A stretch of 64,000 nucleotides of DNA from Vulcanimicrobiota bacterium (GCA_963812155.1 CAWETW010000004.1:138305-202304), one strand, 5' to 3'. Shown: positions 1-9,925, counted from the first letter of the stretch. Notes: generated by a model not told the origin, from the sequence alone. A program made the numbers and translations.

Positions 1-2
1 CG

Positions 3-236
3 TTCTACCCGTACGACGGAACCGTCTCGCACACGCTGCTGCTCCTTGCAACGCTCGCCATTTTTGGCATAGCGGCGAACGTGGCGTTCTTCGTCGCGCT
101 TTTCCATTTCACGGGAATCGCGGCGCGGGTGGCATTGCTCGCGGCCGGCGGCGGCCTCATGGTGCTCGGCGTCATGGCCTTCGGCCTTCGTTCGTTCGGC
201 TACGGCCTACAGCACAGCTTAGGAGGCTGGCCGTAA
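3..236 (+). CDS. 3' end of a hydrophobic (membrane) protein, truncated by the window edge
   Basis: Open frame FYPYDGTVSHTLLLLATLAIFGIAANVAFF...GGWP ending TAA at 234-236; two hydrophobic segments. Confidence 0.55.
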   Translation, partial: FYPYDGTVSHTLLLLATLAIFGIAANVAFFVALFHFTGIAARVALLAAGGGLMVLGVMAFGLRSFGYGLQHSLGGWP

Positions 237-277
237 CGCGTTGTGAACGCGTCCTCGATCGCGGTAGCGCGATTGGA

Positions 278-352
278 TGGAGCCGACGGCCGGGATTGAA
301 CCGGCGACCTATTGTTTACGAAACAATTGCTCTACCGCTGAGCTACGTCGGC
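278..352 (-). tRNA. tRNA-Thr(CGT)
   Basis: Reverse complement GCCGACGTAGCTCAGCGGTAGAGCAATTGTTTCGTAAACAATAGGTCGCCGGTTCAATCCCGGCCGTCGGCTCCA: cloverleaf, anticodon loop TTCGTAA, T-loop GGTTCAATCC, encoded CCA. Confidence 0.95.
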
Positions 353-492
353 AGCGAAACGCGGGCGGCGCCATGGCCGCCGGGCCTGGTTCCACCTGAC
401 TCGAGCCCGGGACCTTCCGCGATCGTACGAGTCACGCCGTTTTTGATGCTGCCATGATGGCGCCTCGAGCGCTCGCTCGATATGATGGGCGC

Positions 493-1143
493 ATGATGAA
501 GTTTACCGCCGCCCTCGCCGCCGTCGCAGCCCTCGTTTTGCCGTCGCTCGCCGCCGCCGACCAGAACGCCACCTACTTCGGACCCATCAACCCGGCCGAG
601 AAGTCGTTCGTGGCCTCCATCCAATCCTACCTCATGCAGCATTATCCGACCGCCGCCGACGCCGAAAAGGCAGGCTACGTCCGGTACACGAGCGAGGACG
701 ACACCGGAGCGATCAGTTACGCAAACCGCCAATGGTCGTCGGCCGACGTCGAGCATCCGAGCCAGCTGTGGTACGACAAGAACGGGCAGCTGCTCGGGGC
801 CGACTATTCGGTGCTCCTGAGCGCAAGCCCGAAGCGTCCGGCCCTCTGGGGCGTCAATCCCGGGCGCTGGGTCGAATTCGACGGCCACATCCATTGGGTC
901 ACCAAGAATCCGGAAAGCGGCGCGATGACCTACGATCAATGGGCGTGGGACAAGAAGTTTGCGGCCGCGGGCGGCAACGTCGACGATCCGAACGCGCAAA
1001 CGCTCGTCGCGATGAAGCGCGTTCCGGATGCGTCCCGCGTCGTGACGATCTTCCACTTTCCCGCGATCTGGGACCTCATCGTGTGGGTGAAACCGAATCC
1101 GAAAGGCGCATTCGCCGAGAAGAATCCGCTGGTAACGCCTTAG
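493..1143 (+). CDS. Secreted hypothetical protein
   Basis: Signal peptide MMKFTAALAAVAALVLPSLAAA; good codon bias; YPTAADAEKAGY motif. Confidence 0.7.
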   Translation: MMKFTAALAAVAALVLPSLAAADQNATYFGPINPAEKSFVASIQSYLMQHYPTAADAEKAGYVRYTSEDDTGAISYANRQWSSADVEHPSQLWYDKNGQLLGADYSVLLSASPKRPALWGVNPGRWVEFDGHIHWVTKNPESGAMTYDQWAWDKKFAAAGGNVDDPNAQTLVAMKRVPDASRVVTIFHFPAIWDLIVWVKPNPKGAFAEKNPLVTP

Positions 1144-1409
1144 CGCTCGCCGCCGCGTTCCACGTCGGCGTCGTGGAACGTTCCTCGTTTCGCGCTTTCG
1201 TCGAGTTCGAGGTCGTCGAGAAAATAGTACACGATCTTACGGTCGGGGAATCCGACCTTGGCGAGCGACCGTCCGCCGATCTCGACGACTTCGTGAATGT
1301 GCCCTTCGCGCTGCGCGTATGCGTAGTTGATCGCCGCGTACTGCGGGTCCCCAGGCTTGGGATGCGCAATCGCCTTCACGCCGCGCAACGGCGTACGATG
1401 CCGGTGCAT
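1140..1409 (-). CDS. Small hypothetical protein (start uncertain, up to 1445)
   Basis: Protein-like composition; stop overlaps the convergent gene's stop. Confidence 0.5.
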   Translation of the reverse strand: MHRHRTPLRGVKAIAHPKPGDPQYAAINYAYAQREGHIHEVVEIGGRSLAKVGFPDRKIVYYFLDDLELDESAKRGTFHDADVERGGER

Positions 1410-1450
1410 GCCGACCGAGGTTCGACGCGCGGCGCTCCGAAACATGGCGT

Positions 1451-1993
1451 ATGTTGATTCCTTTTCGCGGCAAGCGGCCCCGCATCGACCCGTCGGCCTT
1501 CGTCGCTCCGACCGCCGTGCTGATCGGCGACGTGGAGATCGGCGCAGAATCGAGCGTCTGGTTCGGCGCGGTGCTGCGCGCCGACAACGGCCCGATCCGA
1601 GTCGGCGAGCGAACGTCGATTCAGGACAACGCCGTCGTTCACGTCAGCGAGCACGGCGCCACGCTCATCGGCGACGACGTCACGATCGGACATGCGGCCG
1701 TCATGGAGGATTGCGACATCAAACCGCACGCGCTCATCGGCAGCAACGCAACGTTGCTCAACGGCTGTACGATCGGTGAGGGCGCGTTGATCGCCGCCGG
1801 GAGCGTCGTGGGAGAGCGCGCCGAGATTCCACCGCGCGTGCTCGCTGCGGGTGCGCCCGCAAAGGTCAAAAAAAACCTGGAAGGTGAAGCTGCGACCTGG
1901 ATCGAGATATCCTCCGGCGAGTACGTGAAATTGTCGCGAGCGTATTTAGCGCAAAGTATCGGTGCCGCCGAAGACCAGGAGATCCGCATTTAG
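1451..1993 (+). CDS. Gamma carbonic anhydrase family (YrdA/PaaY-like) hexapeptide-repeat protein
   Basis: IGDVEIG..SSVWFGAVLRAD, IQDNAVVH, IGDDVTIGH motifs. Confidence 0.9.
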   Translation: MLIPFRGKRPRIDPSAFVAPTAVLIGDVEIGAESSVWFGAVLRADNGPIRVGERTSIQDNAVVHVSEHGATLIGDDVTIGHAAVMEDCDIKPHALIGSNATLLNGCTIGEGALIAAGSVVGERAEIPPRVLAAGAPAKVKKNLEGEAATWIEISSGEYVKLSRAYLAQSIGAAEDQEIRI

Positions 1994-2457
1994 TGGCCGT
2001 CCGCGACGCAATCGCGCAGTTCATTCAAGAGCAGGGGCACCGCGTCGAAACGGCGAGTGTCGGCGACGCCGAGGAGCTTTGCGAACTCATCTTTCGTACG
2101 CGCGGCCAAACCTTCTCGCTAGCGGTTTCCGAACTGGAACCGCAACGCTTCAGTTTGTCGACGGCGTACGAGGTTCCCGACACGGTGCGCGACCCGAGGC
2201 AGGTCCGCGACGCGCTGCAGGAACTCGAGGGCGACGATCCTGCAGTGCGCTTTACGCTCGCGCACGACGATACGATCTTTATCATCACCCTCGAATCGCG
2301 CTCGATCGGGGTGGACGCGCTGCTCGAAGGTTTTTGGGGCATCGTCGGCCGCGTTCGTCAATCCGGCAGCGCCGCCGTCGAACGCATGCTGGACCGCAGC
2401 GAAAGCAAAGCGGCCGCCGACAAGTTCATCCGGCAGTTCACGAAGGGCAGCCTATAG
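1993..2457 (+). CDS. Hypothetical protein, possible YbjN/T3SS-chaperone-like fold
   Basis: Acidic ~150-aa protein translationally coupled to the upstream gene; fold is inference. Confidence 0.55.
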   Translation: MAVRDAIAQFIQEQGHRVETASVGDAEELCELIFRTRGQTFSLAVSELEPQRFSLSTAYEVPDTVRDPRQVRDALQELEGDDPAVRFTLAHDDTIFIITLESRSIGVDALLEGFWGIVGRVRQSGSAAVERMLDRSESKAAADKFIRQFTKGSL

Positions 2458-2467
2458 GGCTGAAGCG

Positions 2468-2885
2468 GTGAGCGACAGCGACCACCTCGCTCCGATCGAA
2501 ACGGCGATCGAAGACGAGGGATTGATCTTCTCGCGCGACGACGATGCCGATGCGCTCCGAATCACGTTTAAGAGTGAAGGCGATCGGTACTTCGTCGTCG
2601 GCTATCGCGACGACCCGAACTTCGTCATGCTCGGATCGGGATGGGCGCTTCCGCCGGAAATCGCGCTGCAGCGCGCCGGTGCTCGCCGCAAACTCGCTCA
2701 ACGTGCGAAAGAAGTTCGTCAAATCGGCCATCTGGGAAGAGGAACGCGACGCGCTCTTCACCATCGAACTTTGCGTGAGCGACGCCGAGGAGATCCGGCC
2801 GCACTTCGGGCGCCTCCTCGACGCCTTGCGCGACACCGCCGTCGAATTCTTCGCCGAACTCCGCAACGGTAGTGAGGAACCCTAG
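2468..2885 (+). pseudogene. YbjN-like hypothetical protein with one frameshift near 2675 (real or sequencing error)
   Basis: N-half in ORF 2468 (MSDSDHLAP...EIALQRA) continues in the frame of ORF 2544 (VLAANSLNVRKKFVKS...). Confidence 0.6.
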
Positions 2886-2984
2886 GGAGCGCTGATTTAG
2901 TCCAAATCTAGGAAGCGATGGCCGAAGTTTGCTTTAGCAAATGAGGCCGAGCTGACAACGAGTTGGGCTAAATCAGAGTTCCCT
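2884..2984. repeat. ~100-bp palindromic MITE-like element, copy 1
   Basis: Imperfect terminal IR AGGGAGCGCTGATTTAGTCCAA / TTGGGCTAAATCAGAGTTCCCT; core CAAATCTAGGAAGCGA...CGAGCTGAC shared with 11907-12010. Confidence 0.8.
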
Positions 2985-4357
2985 CACGCAACTGGGAAGT
3001 GCGATTCGTCCCCATAGGGCACGAAGGTCGTGAACTCCGCCTGGAAGCGAAGTTTCGCCGTCCCGGTCGGCCCGTTGCGGTGCTTGGCGATGATAAACTC
3101 GGTGACGTCGGCGTCGGGCGCTTCGGGATTGTAGTAGCCGTTACGGTAGAGAAAAGCGACTACGTCGGCCTCTTGCTCGATCGATCCGGAATCGCGAAGG
3201 TCGGCGAGCATCGGACGTTTTTCTTGGCGCGTTTCGACCGCGCGGTTGAGCTGCGCCAGCGCGACGATGGGAACGCCAAGCTCCTTCGCCGTCACCTTGA
3301 GCGTACGGCAGATCTCCGAAAGCTCTTCGTTGCGGTTGACGTTGCGCACCAGAATGCCGGGACGCATCAACTGTAAGTAGTCGACGAAGATCGCGCCGAG
3401 CGCGGAGCCGGCCGTCTTCTTCAGGAGGCGGCAACGGTTGCGCACGTCGCTGACGCTGAGCGCACCCACGTCGTCGAGATAGATCGGCAGATGGTCGAGG
3501 GTCTCCATCGCTCGCGAGATGCTCTCCCATTGGTGCTCTTTGATCAGGCCGCGGCGCATATCGTTCATCGAGATGCGCGCCTCGGAACAGATGAGCCGCT
3601 GGATCAGTTCGTTGTTCGACATTTCCAGCGAGAAGAACGCGATCGGCTCGCCGGCCTCGCGCGCGGCCGCCACCGCCATATTGAGCGCGAACGACGATTT
3701 GCCCATGCCGGGGCGAGCCGCAATGATGATGAAGTTTCCCGGCTGGAAACCGGTCGTCATCGCATCGATGTCGGAAAAACCCGACGTGAGCCCGGTGCGG
3801 CCGCCGCGCAAATGGTAGAGCCGATCGATGCTGTCGAAGGCATCTTTGAGCAGGCTCTTGACCGGCTTGAATTCCTTCGGCCCACGCTCTTCGCCGATTT
3901 GGTAGACGAGTTGCTGCGCACGATCCAGCGCGCCGGCGACGTCCTCCTCTCCTTCATATCCAAGCTGCGTCACTTGCGTGCCGGCGCCGATAAGCGAGCG
4001 CAGCGCCGCCTTTTCTTTGACGATCGTCGCGTAGAAGCGCGCCGACGCTGCCGACTGTACGGTGTCCATCAGCGCGCTGAGATACGAAATGCCGCCGACT
4101 CGGTCGAGTGCGTCGCGATTGCGCAATTCTTCGCTGACGGTGATCTTATCGATCGGTTCGTCGTGCTCGAAGAGGAATACGAGCACCGAAAAAATCGTTT
4201 CGTGGACGTGCGCGTAAAAATCGGCCGGCTTCACGAGCTGTCCGACTTCGCTCATCATGCCCTTGTCGACGAGGATCGAACCGAGAACGGCCATTTCCGC
4301 CTCGAGGTTGTGCGGCGGAATGCGGTCGATCGGCGAAGGTAACGGTTGCGCGCTCAT
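2984..4357 (-). CDS. dnaB: Replicative DNA helicase
   Basis: PPHNLEAEMAVLG, Walker A ARPGMGKS, FSLEM, VDYLQLM, LAQLNR, DLRDSGSIEQEAD, AKHRNGPTG. Confidence 0.98.
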   Translation of the reverse strand: MSAQPLPSPIDRIPPHNLEAEMAVLGSILVDKGMMSEVGQLVKPADFYAHVHETIFSVLVFLFEHDEPIDKITVSEELRNRDALDRVGGISYLSALMDTVQSAASARFYATIVKEKAALRSLIGAGTQVTQLGYEGEEDVAGALDRAQQLVYQIGEERGPKEFKPVKSLLKDAFDSIDRLYHLRGGRTGLTSGFSDIDAMTTGFQPGNFIIIAARPGMGKSSFALNMAVAAAREAGEPIAFFSLEMSNNELIQRLICSEARISMNDMRRGLIKEHQWESISRAMETLDHLPIYLDDVGALSVSDVRNRCRLLKKTAGSALGAIFVDYLQLMRPGILVRNVNRNEELSEICRTLKVTAKELGVPIVALAQLNRAVETRQEKRPMLADLRDSGSIEQEADVVAFLYRNGYYNPEAPDADVTEFIIAKHRNGPTGTAKLRFQAEFTTFVPYGDESHFPVA

Positions 4358-6330
4358 TGACGTCGAGCGGCTTTCCGGCGCGCCGGATGTGAACGCCTTG
4401 TGGACCGCCTGTGCATATGCAATTCTTGCATCACCCGGGCGACGCTTGCGACCGCCGCGACGTCGATTCCGGCGAGCGACCGGTCCACCTCGTGCGCGTT
4501 TTCCTTAGGCAACAGCACGCGCCGCATACCCGCCTGGCGCGCGGCATAGAGCTTCTCGATCACGCCGCCTACGCCGCGAATCTTTCCCTGAATCGAGAGT
4601 TCGCCGGTGATCGCTACGTCTTGCGGCAGCGGCGTCTTGGTGATCGCGGAGTAAAGCGCGAGGAAGATGGCCAGACCGGCGGAGGGACCGTCGATGTTGC
4701 CGCCGCCGACGACGTTGATGTGCAGGTCGAAGTCGGCCGTATCGATGCCGGCGAGCGCGCGCAGCACGCTGGTCGCGTTGAACACCGAATCCTTGGCCAT
4801 CGTGCCGGCCGTGTCGTTGAAGCGTATTCTCCCCTTGCCCGCCTGTGATGCCCGAAATGCGACCGCCTCGATTTCGATGATGCTTCCGAGATAGTGCAGC
4901 ACGCCCAGCCCGAACGTCTTTCCGATTTCCCGGCGCGCGCGCGCTTTCACTTGCGTATGCTTCACGAGCCGGCTGGTTTGCACGACCGCCTGCACGTCGC
5001 TCTCTCGAATCGCGGGACGCTTGGCGGCGCCGCCGCGCTTGCGGGGGGCGAGCCGGTAGAGTGCCTGCCCGTACGCATCGGCGACGATCTGCACGGCCTT
5101 ACGCCCTTCGATCGTGTAGGTGGCGATCGTGCGCGCGACGATTTGCGCGGCGCGCGATCCGAGCCGTTCGATCGCATCCTGGACGATCCTCACGACCTGC
5201 TGCTGCGTTAGCGGCGAAAAGAAGATTTCGGCGCAGCGCGAGCGGATCGCAGGATCGATGTCTTCGGGTTCGCGTGTCGTCGCGCCGATGAGGATGAAAT
5301 CGGCGGGCGCACCTTCGCGAAAAAGGCGTTTGACGTACTCGGGTACGTTCGGAGCGGTTTCGTCGAAATACGACGATTCGAACGTCACGCGCTTATCTTC
5401 GAGTACTTTAAGCAGCCGCGATTGCAACGACGCATCCATTTCACCGATTTCGTCGATGAAAAGTACCCCGCCGTGCGCCTTCGTGACGAGGCCGAGTTTC
5501 GGCTCGGGGACGCCGGCCTCGGCAAATTCGCGCCGGCTGCCCTGGTAGATCGGGTCGTGCACGCTGCCGAGCAGCGGATTGATCGTTTCGCGCGGATCCC
5601 AGCGCAACGTGCTTCCGCTGGCCTCGACGAACGGCGCGCTCTTGGCAAACGGCGTATACGGGCGCGTTTTGGCAACCTCGAGCGCCAATCGTGCGACGGT
5701 CGTCTTGCCGACTCCGGGGGGTCCGTAGAGGATGACGTGCTGCGGATACGGCGACGAGATCTTCGCGAGCAGCGCTTTGATCGCGGCCTCTTGTCCGACG
5801 ATGTCGCGCAGCGACTGGGGACGCAGCTGCGCAAGCGCCGACGCGGCCAGCGTGCGTCGCGAGAGCGCGTCGAGTTCGTCGAGTTTCGCCTTCGTAGACG
5901 GAGTTTCGGGTCCACCGCTCTCGCGCAGCGCTTCGAGCTTGAGATCCTTGAGGTACTCATCGTGACGTTCCGACATCTTCTCGGTGACGCGCTTCTCGAT
6001 CGCATCCTCGGCGTGGCGCTGCGCCAACGCGTCGGCCATCGCTTCCTCGATCTCGGCGATGACCTTGCGCTGCTGGGCGCGCGTCGTTGCGCGTTCGAGC
6101 GTCGGATCCTCGAAGACCAGGCGCGCAAGTGCGCAGAGACGATCGGATAGGTGATGCGAGCGCATCATGCGCAGCGCGTTGACTTTACCGGCGCGCAGAA
6201 CGAGCTTATCGGATCCGTGCAGCGCGGTGAGCATCTCGTAGAGCGCGCTTACGTAGCGGTTGAGTTCGTCTTCGACGCCGAACTTGCGGCGGAGGCGCGA
6301 CACCGGCGACTGGCGCGCGTTTGCGGCCAC
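4354..6330 (-). CDS. Lon-family ATP-dependent protease (LonB/LonC type)
   Basis: GPPGVGKT, LFIDEIGE, catalytic DGPSAG and downstream Lys (GGVIEK); lies between rplI and dnaB. Confidence 0.9.
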   Translation of the reverse strand: MAANARQSPVSRLRRKFGVEDELNRYVSALYEMLTALHGSDKLVLRAGKVNALRMMRSHHLSDRLCALARLVFEDPTLERATTRAQQRKVIAEIEEAMADALAQRHAEDAIEKRVTEKMSERHDEYLKDLKLEALRESGGPETPSTKAKLDELDALSRRTLAASALAQLRPQSLRDIVGQEAAIKALLAKISSPYPQHVILYGPPGVGKTTVARLALEVAKTRPYTPFAKSAPFVEASGSTLRWDPRETINPLLGSVHDPIYQGSRREFAEAGVPEPKLGLVTKAHGGVLFIDEIGEMDASLQSRLLKVLEDKRVTFESSYFDETAPNVPEYVKRLFREGAPADFILIGATTREPEDIDPAIRSRCAEIFFSPLTQQQVVRIVQDAIERLGSRAAQIVARTIATYTIEGRKAVQIVADAYGQALYRLAPRKRGGAAKRPAIRESDVQAVVQTSRLVKHTQVKARARREIGKTFGLGVLHYLGSIIEIEAVAFRASQAGKGRIRFNDTAGTMAKDSVFNATSVLRALAGIDTADFDLHINVVGGGNIDGPSAGLAIFLALYSAITKTPLPQDVAITGELSIQGKIRGVGGVIEKLYAARQAGMRRVLLPKENAHEVDRSLAGIDVAAVASVARVMQELHMHRRSTRRSHPARRKAARRQ

Positions 6331-6342
6331 GGCCGTCTTCAG

Positions 6343-6789
6343 TTACGTAGCCACGACGTCGACGGTCGTTTTGGCGACGACGTTCTTGTGGAGCTTGATC
6401 TCGACCGGGTAGGATCCCAGCGCCTTGATAGAGCTCTTGAGCTCGATTTTATGCTTGTCGATGGTGACCGCCAGCGACTGCGCAATGGCCGACGCCACGT
6501 CGGCGTTGGTGACGGCCCCGAACAGCTTGCCGTTGCCGCCCGCTTTGGCTTTGACCGCGAGTTTGGCCGTTTCCAATCTCGCCGCCAGCGCTCGCGCGTC
6601 GTCGAGCAGCTGCGCGTCGCGCCTCAGCTGCGCCTTGCGTTGAGAACCCAGCCGCGCCAGTGCACCCTTGTCGGCTTCGGTCGCGAGTTTGCGGGGGAGA
6701 AGGAAGTTACGGGCGTAGCCCTCGGCAACCTCGACGACGTCGCCGCCCTTCCCGAGCGACGTCACGTCGGCGAGAAGAATGAGTTTCAC
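6343..6789 (-). CDS. rplI: 50S ribosomal protein L9
   Basis: LGKGGDVVEVAEGYARNFLLP, GKLFGAVT. Confidence 0.97.
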   Translation of the reverse strand: MKLILLADVTSLGKGGDVVEVAEGYARNFLLPRKLATEADKGALARLGSQRKAQLRRDAQLLDDARALAARLETAKLAVKAKAGGNGKLFGAVTNADVASAIAQSLAVTIDKHKIELKSSIKALGSYPVEIKLHKNVVAKTTVDVVAT

Positions 6790-6795
6790 GTGCCG

Positions 6796-7047
6796 TTACT
6801 CCGAAACGTAGGGGAGAAATGCGATCACCCGGGCGCGCTTGATCGCGACCGTCAACAGCCGCTGGTGCTTCGCGCAATTGCCGGAGATGCGCCGCGGCAC
6901 GATCTTGCCGCGCTCCGACACGTACTTCTTCAAACGGTTGACTTCGCGATAGCTGACGTCGGCGATCTTGTCGGCGCAGAACGTGCACGGTTTGCGTTTG
7001 GGACGCCGGTCTTTGACCGCGCGCTTGGTCTTGGTCTTGGTTGCCAT
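6796..7047 (-). CDS. rpsR: 30S ribosomal protein S18 (Zn-binding C+ type)
   Basis: CTFC...[23 protein letters not shown] 7047 with GAAAGGA RBS. Confidence 0.97.
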   Translation of the reverse strand: MATKTKTKRAVKDRRPKRKPCTFCADKIADVSYREVNRLKKYVSERGKIVPRRISGNCAKHQRLLTVAIKRARVIAFLPYVSE

Positions 7048-7168
7048 TGGTGTCCTTTCGACTAGGTGGTCGCCGGTCGAGGATTCCGCTCCGCCGTGGA
7101 GGCGAGAACGGGGACTCGACCCTAGCCAGGTGACGCGACCATTTCGCGGCACCACCGGCGAAAATGCC

Positions 7169-7210
7169 GTCCTTCGCTTACGGCGCTATGCGCCTTCGCT
7201 CAGGATGACA
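7169..7210. repeat. REP-like palindromic repeat, copy A
   Basis: GTCCTTCGCTTACGGCGCTATGCGCCTTCGCTCAGGATGACA; shares CCTTCG...GCTCAGGATGACA with 15911-15977. Confidence 0.7.
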
Positions 7211-7322
7211 GGGTGCCGGCCGGTGCGGCAACAGCGCCCATCCTACCACGCGCCGTCACGGCAAGCCAGCCCAAAGACTACCGAACGTGCGTTCGTAGCT
7301 TTTCGAAATAATTCCCTGGTGG

Positions 7323-7634
7323 TTAGTGCGGTCTGCGGGCTTCCCCGGCCCGGTAACGGTAGACGATCCGGGCCTTGGTCAGGTCGTAGGGCGACATCTC
7401 GAGTTCGACGCGGTCGCCCAGCAACAGCTTGATGCGATGCCTCCGCAGGCGGCCGGCAATGTGCGCAAGGACGGTGTGGCCGTTCTCCAACTCTACCGCG
7501 AAGGTCGTGCTGGGGAAGACTTGCTTGATCGTCCCGAAGAGCTCGAGCGGGGCCTCCTTGGAGGTGTCGGGGACGCTGGGTGCACTGTTGGTTTCGCGGC
7601 GGGGGCGGCTTTTTCTACGACCTGGACGGGCCAA
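7323..7634 (-). CDS. infA: Translation initiation factor IF-1 with basic N-terminal extension
   Basis: FAVELENGHTVLAHIAGRLRRHRIKLLLGDRVELEMSPYDLTKARIVYR; TTG start after AAGGAG. Confidence 0.92.
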   Translation of the reverse strand: MARPGRRKSRPRRETNSAPSVPDTSKEAPLELFGTIKQVFPSTTFAVELENGHTVLAHIAGRLRRHRIKLLLGDRVELEMSPYDLTKARIVYRYRAGEARRPH

Positions 7635-7888
7635 ACGAGCTCCTTCTGAGACGGCGGGCGAAGCGTGGGTAGTATCTCACACGACGCCGTGCCCGAACAA
7701 GGCTGACGGCCGGAACCGGTCCCGGCCGAGTGCAGATTCTTGGGCCTCCCTGGCACCATTGGCGCAGGAATGGTGTATAGTGTTGGGGTTACCCAGGTTT
7801 CGAAGTCCGCAAAGTCACGTTCCGCGTCACTAGCGAGTCGGATCCGGAGAACATCAATCACACTCTTTCAGGAGACTCGTTAGTTTCG

Positions 7889-8194
7889 ATGTATACCAAT
7901 GAAATGCTCACCTGCGTGGACTGCGGACGTCAGTTCCCATTCACCGCGGGCGAACAAGAATTCTTTGCGATGAAGGGCTTCACGAATAAGCCGAACCGTT
8001 GCACCGATTGCCGCGCCGCCCGCAAGGCCGGACGCTCGCAAGGTGGCGGCGGCGGCGGCGGCGGCGGTCATCGCGAGATGTTCAAAGCGACGTGCAGCCA
8101 GTGCGGCGGTGTCGCCGAGGTCCCGTTTCAGCCGCGCGGCGACAAGCCCGTCTATTGCCGCGATTGTTTCTCCTCGCGTTCGGGTTACCGCTAA
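7889..8194 (+). CDS. Zinc-ribbon / CxxC-x17-CxxC domain protein
   Basis: LTCVDCG..F.FTAGEQEFF..KGF.NKP.RC..CR, poly-Gly linker, CSQCG..AEVPFQPRGDKPVYCRDCF. Confidence 0.9.
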   Translation: MYTNEMLTCVDCGRQFPFTAGEQEFFAMKGFTNKPNRCTDCRAARKAGRSQGGGGGGGGGHREMFKATCSQCGGVAEVPFQPRGDKPVYCRDCFSSRSGYR

Positions 8195-8224
8195 ACGCGG
8201 TCCGCGCGATTGAGCGAACACGCC

Positions 8225-8256
8225 GAGAGCCCGCGTCAAGCGGGCTCTCGTGCTTT
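8225..8256 (+). terminator. Probable intrinsic terminator
   Basis: GAGAGCCCGC-GTCAA-GCGGGCTCTC hairpin followed by GTGCTTT, 30 nt after the stop. Confidence 0.6.
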
Positions 8257-8455
8257 ACCGGCCTCGTCGCGCAAGAACGGCGGTCCGCGTTCCTGCTATA
8301 ACAAGAACGGCTCGCCGAAGACCGCCTTCGCTACCAAGAAACTTGCGGAGCGCGCCATCCCAAAGAGTAGCGTGCGCTTACGCCCTTATGCATGCCTCGA
8401 CCACGGCTGGCACCTAGGACATTAAAGAAGGCCCGATTTATCGAGTCTTCTCTTA

Positions 8456-9925
8456 TTAGAAGAGGTTCCAGAGATACTGGTTGTAGACTTCGTGATGGTA
8501 TTGCACTTCTTGCGCCTTTACGAAGCTCCCGAGTAGGCGCGGGCAGCGATCGGCGCTGGCCTGTTTGAGGTCGGCGTAGCGCGCTTTGACGTCGTGGCCG
8601 AGCATTTCCGTCGTCCACTTCGAGTTGCGAAAATCGGCGAGCGCATCGTAAATGTTGTCGGGCAGGTAGTGCTCGGCTTGGCGAAGGTTGGCGTCGTCGC
8701 TGATGCTTCCGTGCAAACCGGTCTTGAAAACGGCGAGCATCACCATGTACGGATTGGCGTCGGGCGCGACCGATCGAAGTTCCACACGCGAACTGCGCTC
8801 GTTGCCGATCGGAACGCGCACCATCGAGCCGCGATCGACGGCCGAAGCCTTGATTTGATTCGGCGCTTCGAAGTGCGGGTCGAGCCGGCGGTACGAGTTC
8901 ACGCTCGAGTTCAGCATGAGGCACACGTCGGGACCGTGCGTCAGAATCCGGTCGACGAACTGCCATGCAAACGGTGAAAGCCGCTCGGTGCCTTGCGGAT
9001 CCCAAAAGAGATTCTTGCCGTCTTTGCTCACCGAGACGTTGGTGTGCATCCCGCTGCCGTTCACGCCGACCACCGGCTTAGGCAAGAAACTTGCCGTCAT
9101 GCCGAGGCGCGTTGCGACCTGACGGCAGATCAGTTTGTAGAGTTGAATCTGATCGGCGGCCGCGACGACTTCGCCGTAACCGTAGTTGATCTCGAACTGC
9201 GAGGGCGCGACTTCGGGATGATCCTTTTCGTTTTGAAAGCCCATCGCGCGCTGCACTTCGGCGACCGAGTCGATGAACGTCCGCAACGGATCGCCGGGCA
9301 ACGAGTGGTAGTAGCCTCCGGTGTTGACGTATTCGAATCTGCCCGTTTCGTGGTAGCGCCGTTCGGCGTCGAGTCCTTGGAAGAGAAAGCCTTCGATTTC
9401 GTTGGCGGCGTTGAGCGTGAGACCGTCGGCCGCGTAACAGTCGTTCGAGAGTTTTTTGAGCGCGCCCCGGATGTCGCCGGCAAACGGCGCACCGTCGCGA
9501 TCGAGCACGTCGGCGAAGACGAGCACCTTCCCCGGACCGAAGATATCGGCCGGCCCCCAGTAAAAAGCGCTCCAATCGAGCGCCAAGCGGAGATCGCTTT
9601 CACGCTGCGGCGTAAAGCCGCGTATCGAGGATCCGTCGAAGGTGAGATTATCGTGCGCGCCGAGCAAGAATTTCTTGTCGTAGTCGAGCATGTGCAGGCG
9701 CCCTTCGAGATCGCTGAAGAGCACGGTCACCGCTTTGATGCGCTTTTCGCCGGAGAGATAGCCAAGGCGCTCCTCGGCCAGCTGATGCGCCGCCGCGCGA
9801 TCCTTGCGCTGACGCTTCACGCCAAGGTTGAAGTCCTCGAGTTCGGAGTACGTCAGGGCGAGAAAATCGCGAAGATCGGTGGGATTGTGTGGTTGCATTC
9901 TCGTCGTCATCCTCGTTCGTTGCAT
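8456..9925 (-). CDS. glnA: Glutamine synthetase family protein (start may be 9910 or 9898)
   Basis: FDGSSIRGF, EIEGF, HPEVAPSQFE, KPVVGVNGSGMHTNVS, NSYRRL, RVELRS..PDANPY. Confidence 0.88.
   Translation of the reverse strand: MQRTRMTTRMQPHNPTDLRDFLALTYSELEDFNLGVKRQRKDRAAAHQLAEERLGYLSGEKRIKAVTVLFSDLEGRLHMLDYDKKFLLGAHDNLTFDGSSIRGFTPQRESDLRLALDWSAFYWGPADIFGPGKVLVFADVLDRDGAPFAGDIRGALKKLSNDCYAADGLTLNAANEIEGFLFQGLDAERRYHETGRFEYVNTGGYYHSLPGDPLRTFIDSVAEVQRAMGFQNEKDHPEVAPSQFEINYGYGEVVAAADQIQLYKLICRQVATRLGMTASFLPKPVVGVNGSGMHTNVSVSKDGKNLFWDPQGTERLSPFAWQFVDRILTHGPDVCLMLNSSVNSYRRLDPHFEAPNQIKASAVDRGSMVRVPIGNERSSRVELRSVAPDANPYMVMLAVFKTGLHGSISDDANLRQAEHYLPDNIYDALADFRNSKWTTEMLGHDVKARYADLKQASADRCPRLLGSFVKAQEVQYHHEVYNQYLWNLF

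Noticed and set aside
278..352. tRNA-Thr as an integration site
   Set aside because: No duplicated 3' end or integrase within the window.
7097..7125. tRNA-like 3' end (GGGTCGAGTCCCCGTTCTCGCCTCCA on the minus strand)
   Set aside because: No D-arm, anticodon arm or matching acceptor strand; explained as part of the rpsR leader hairpin.
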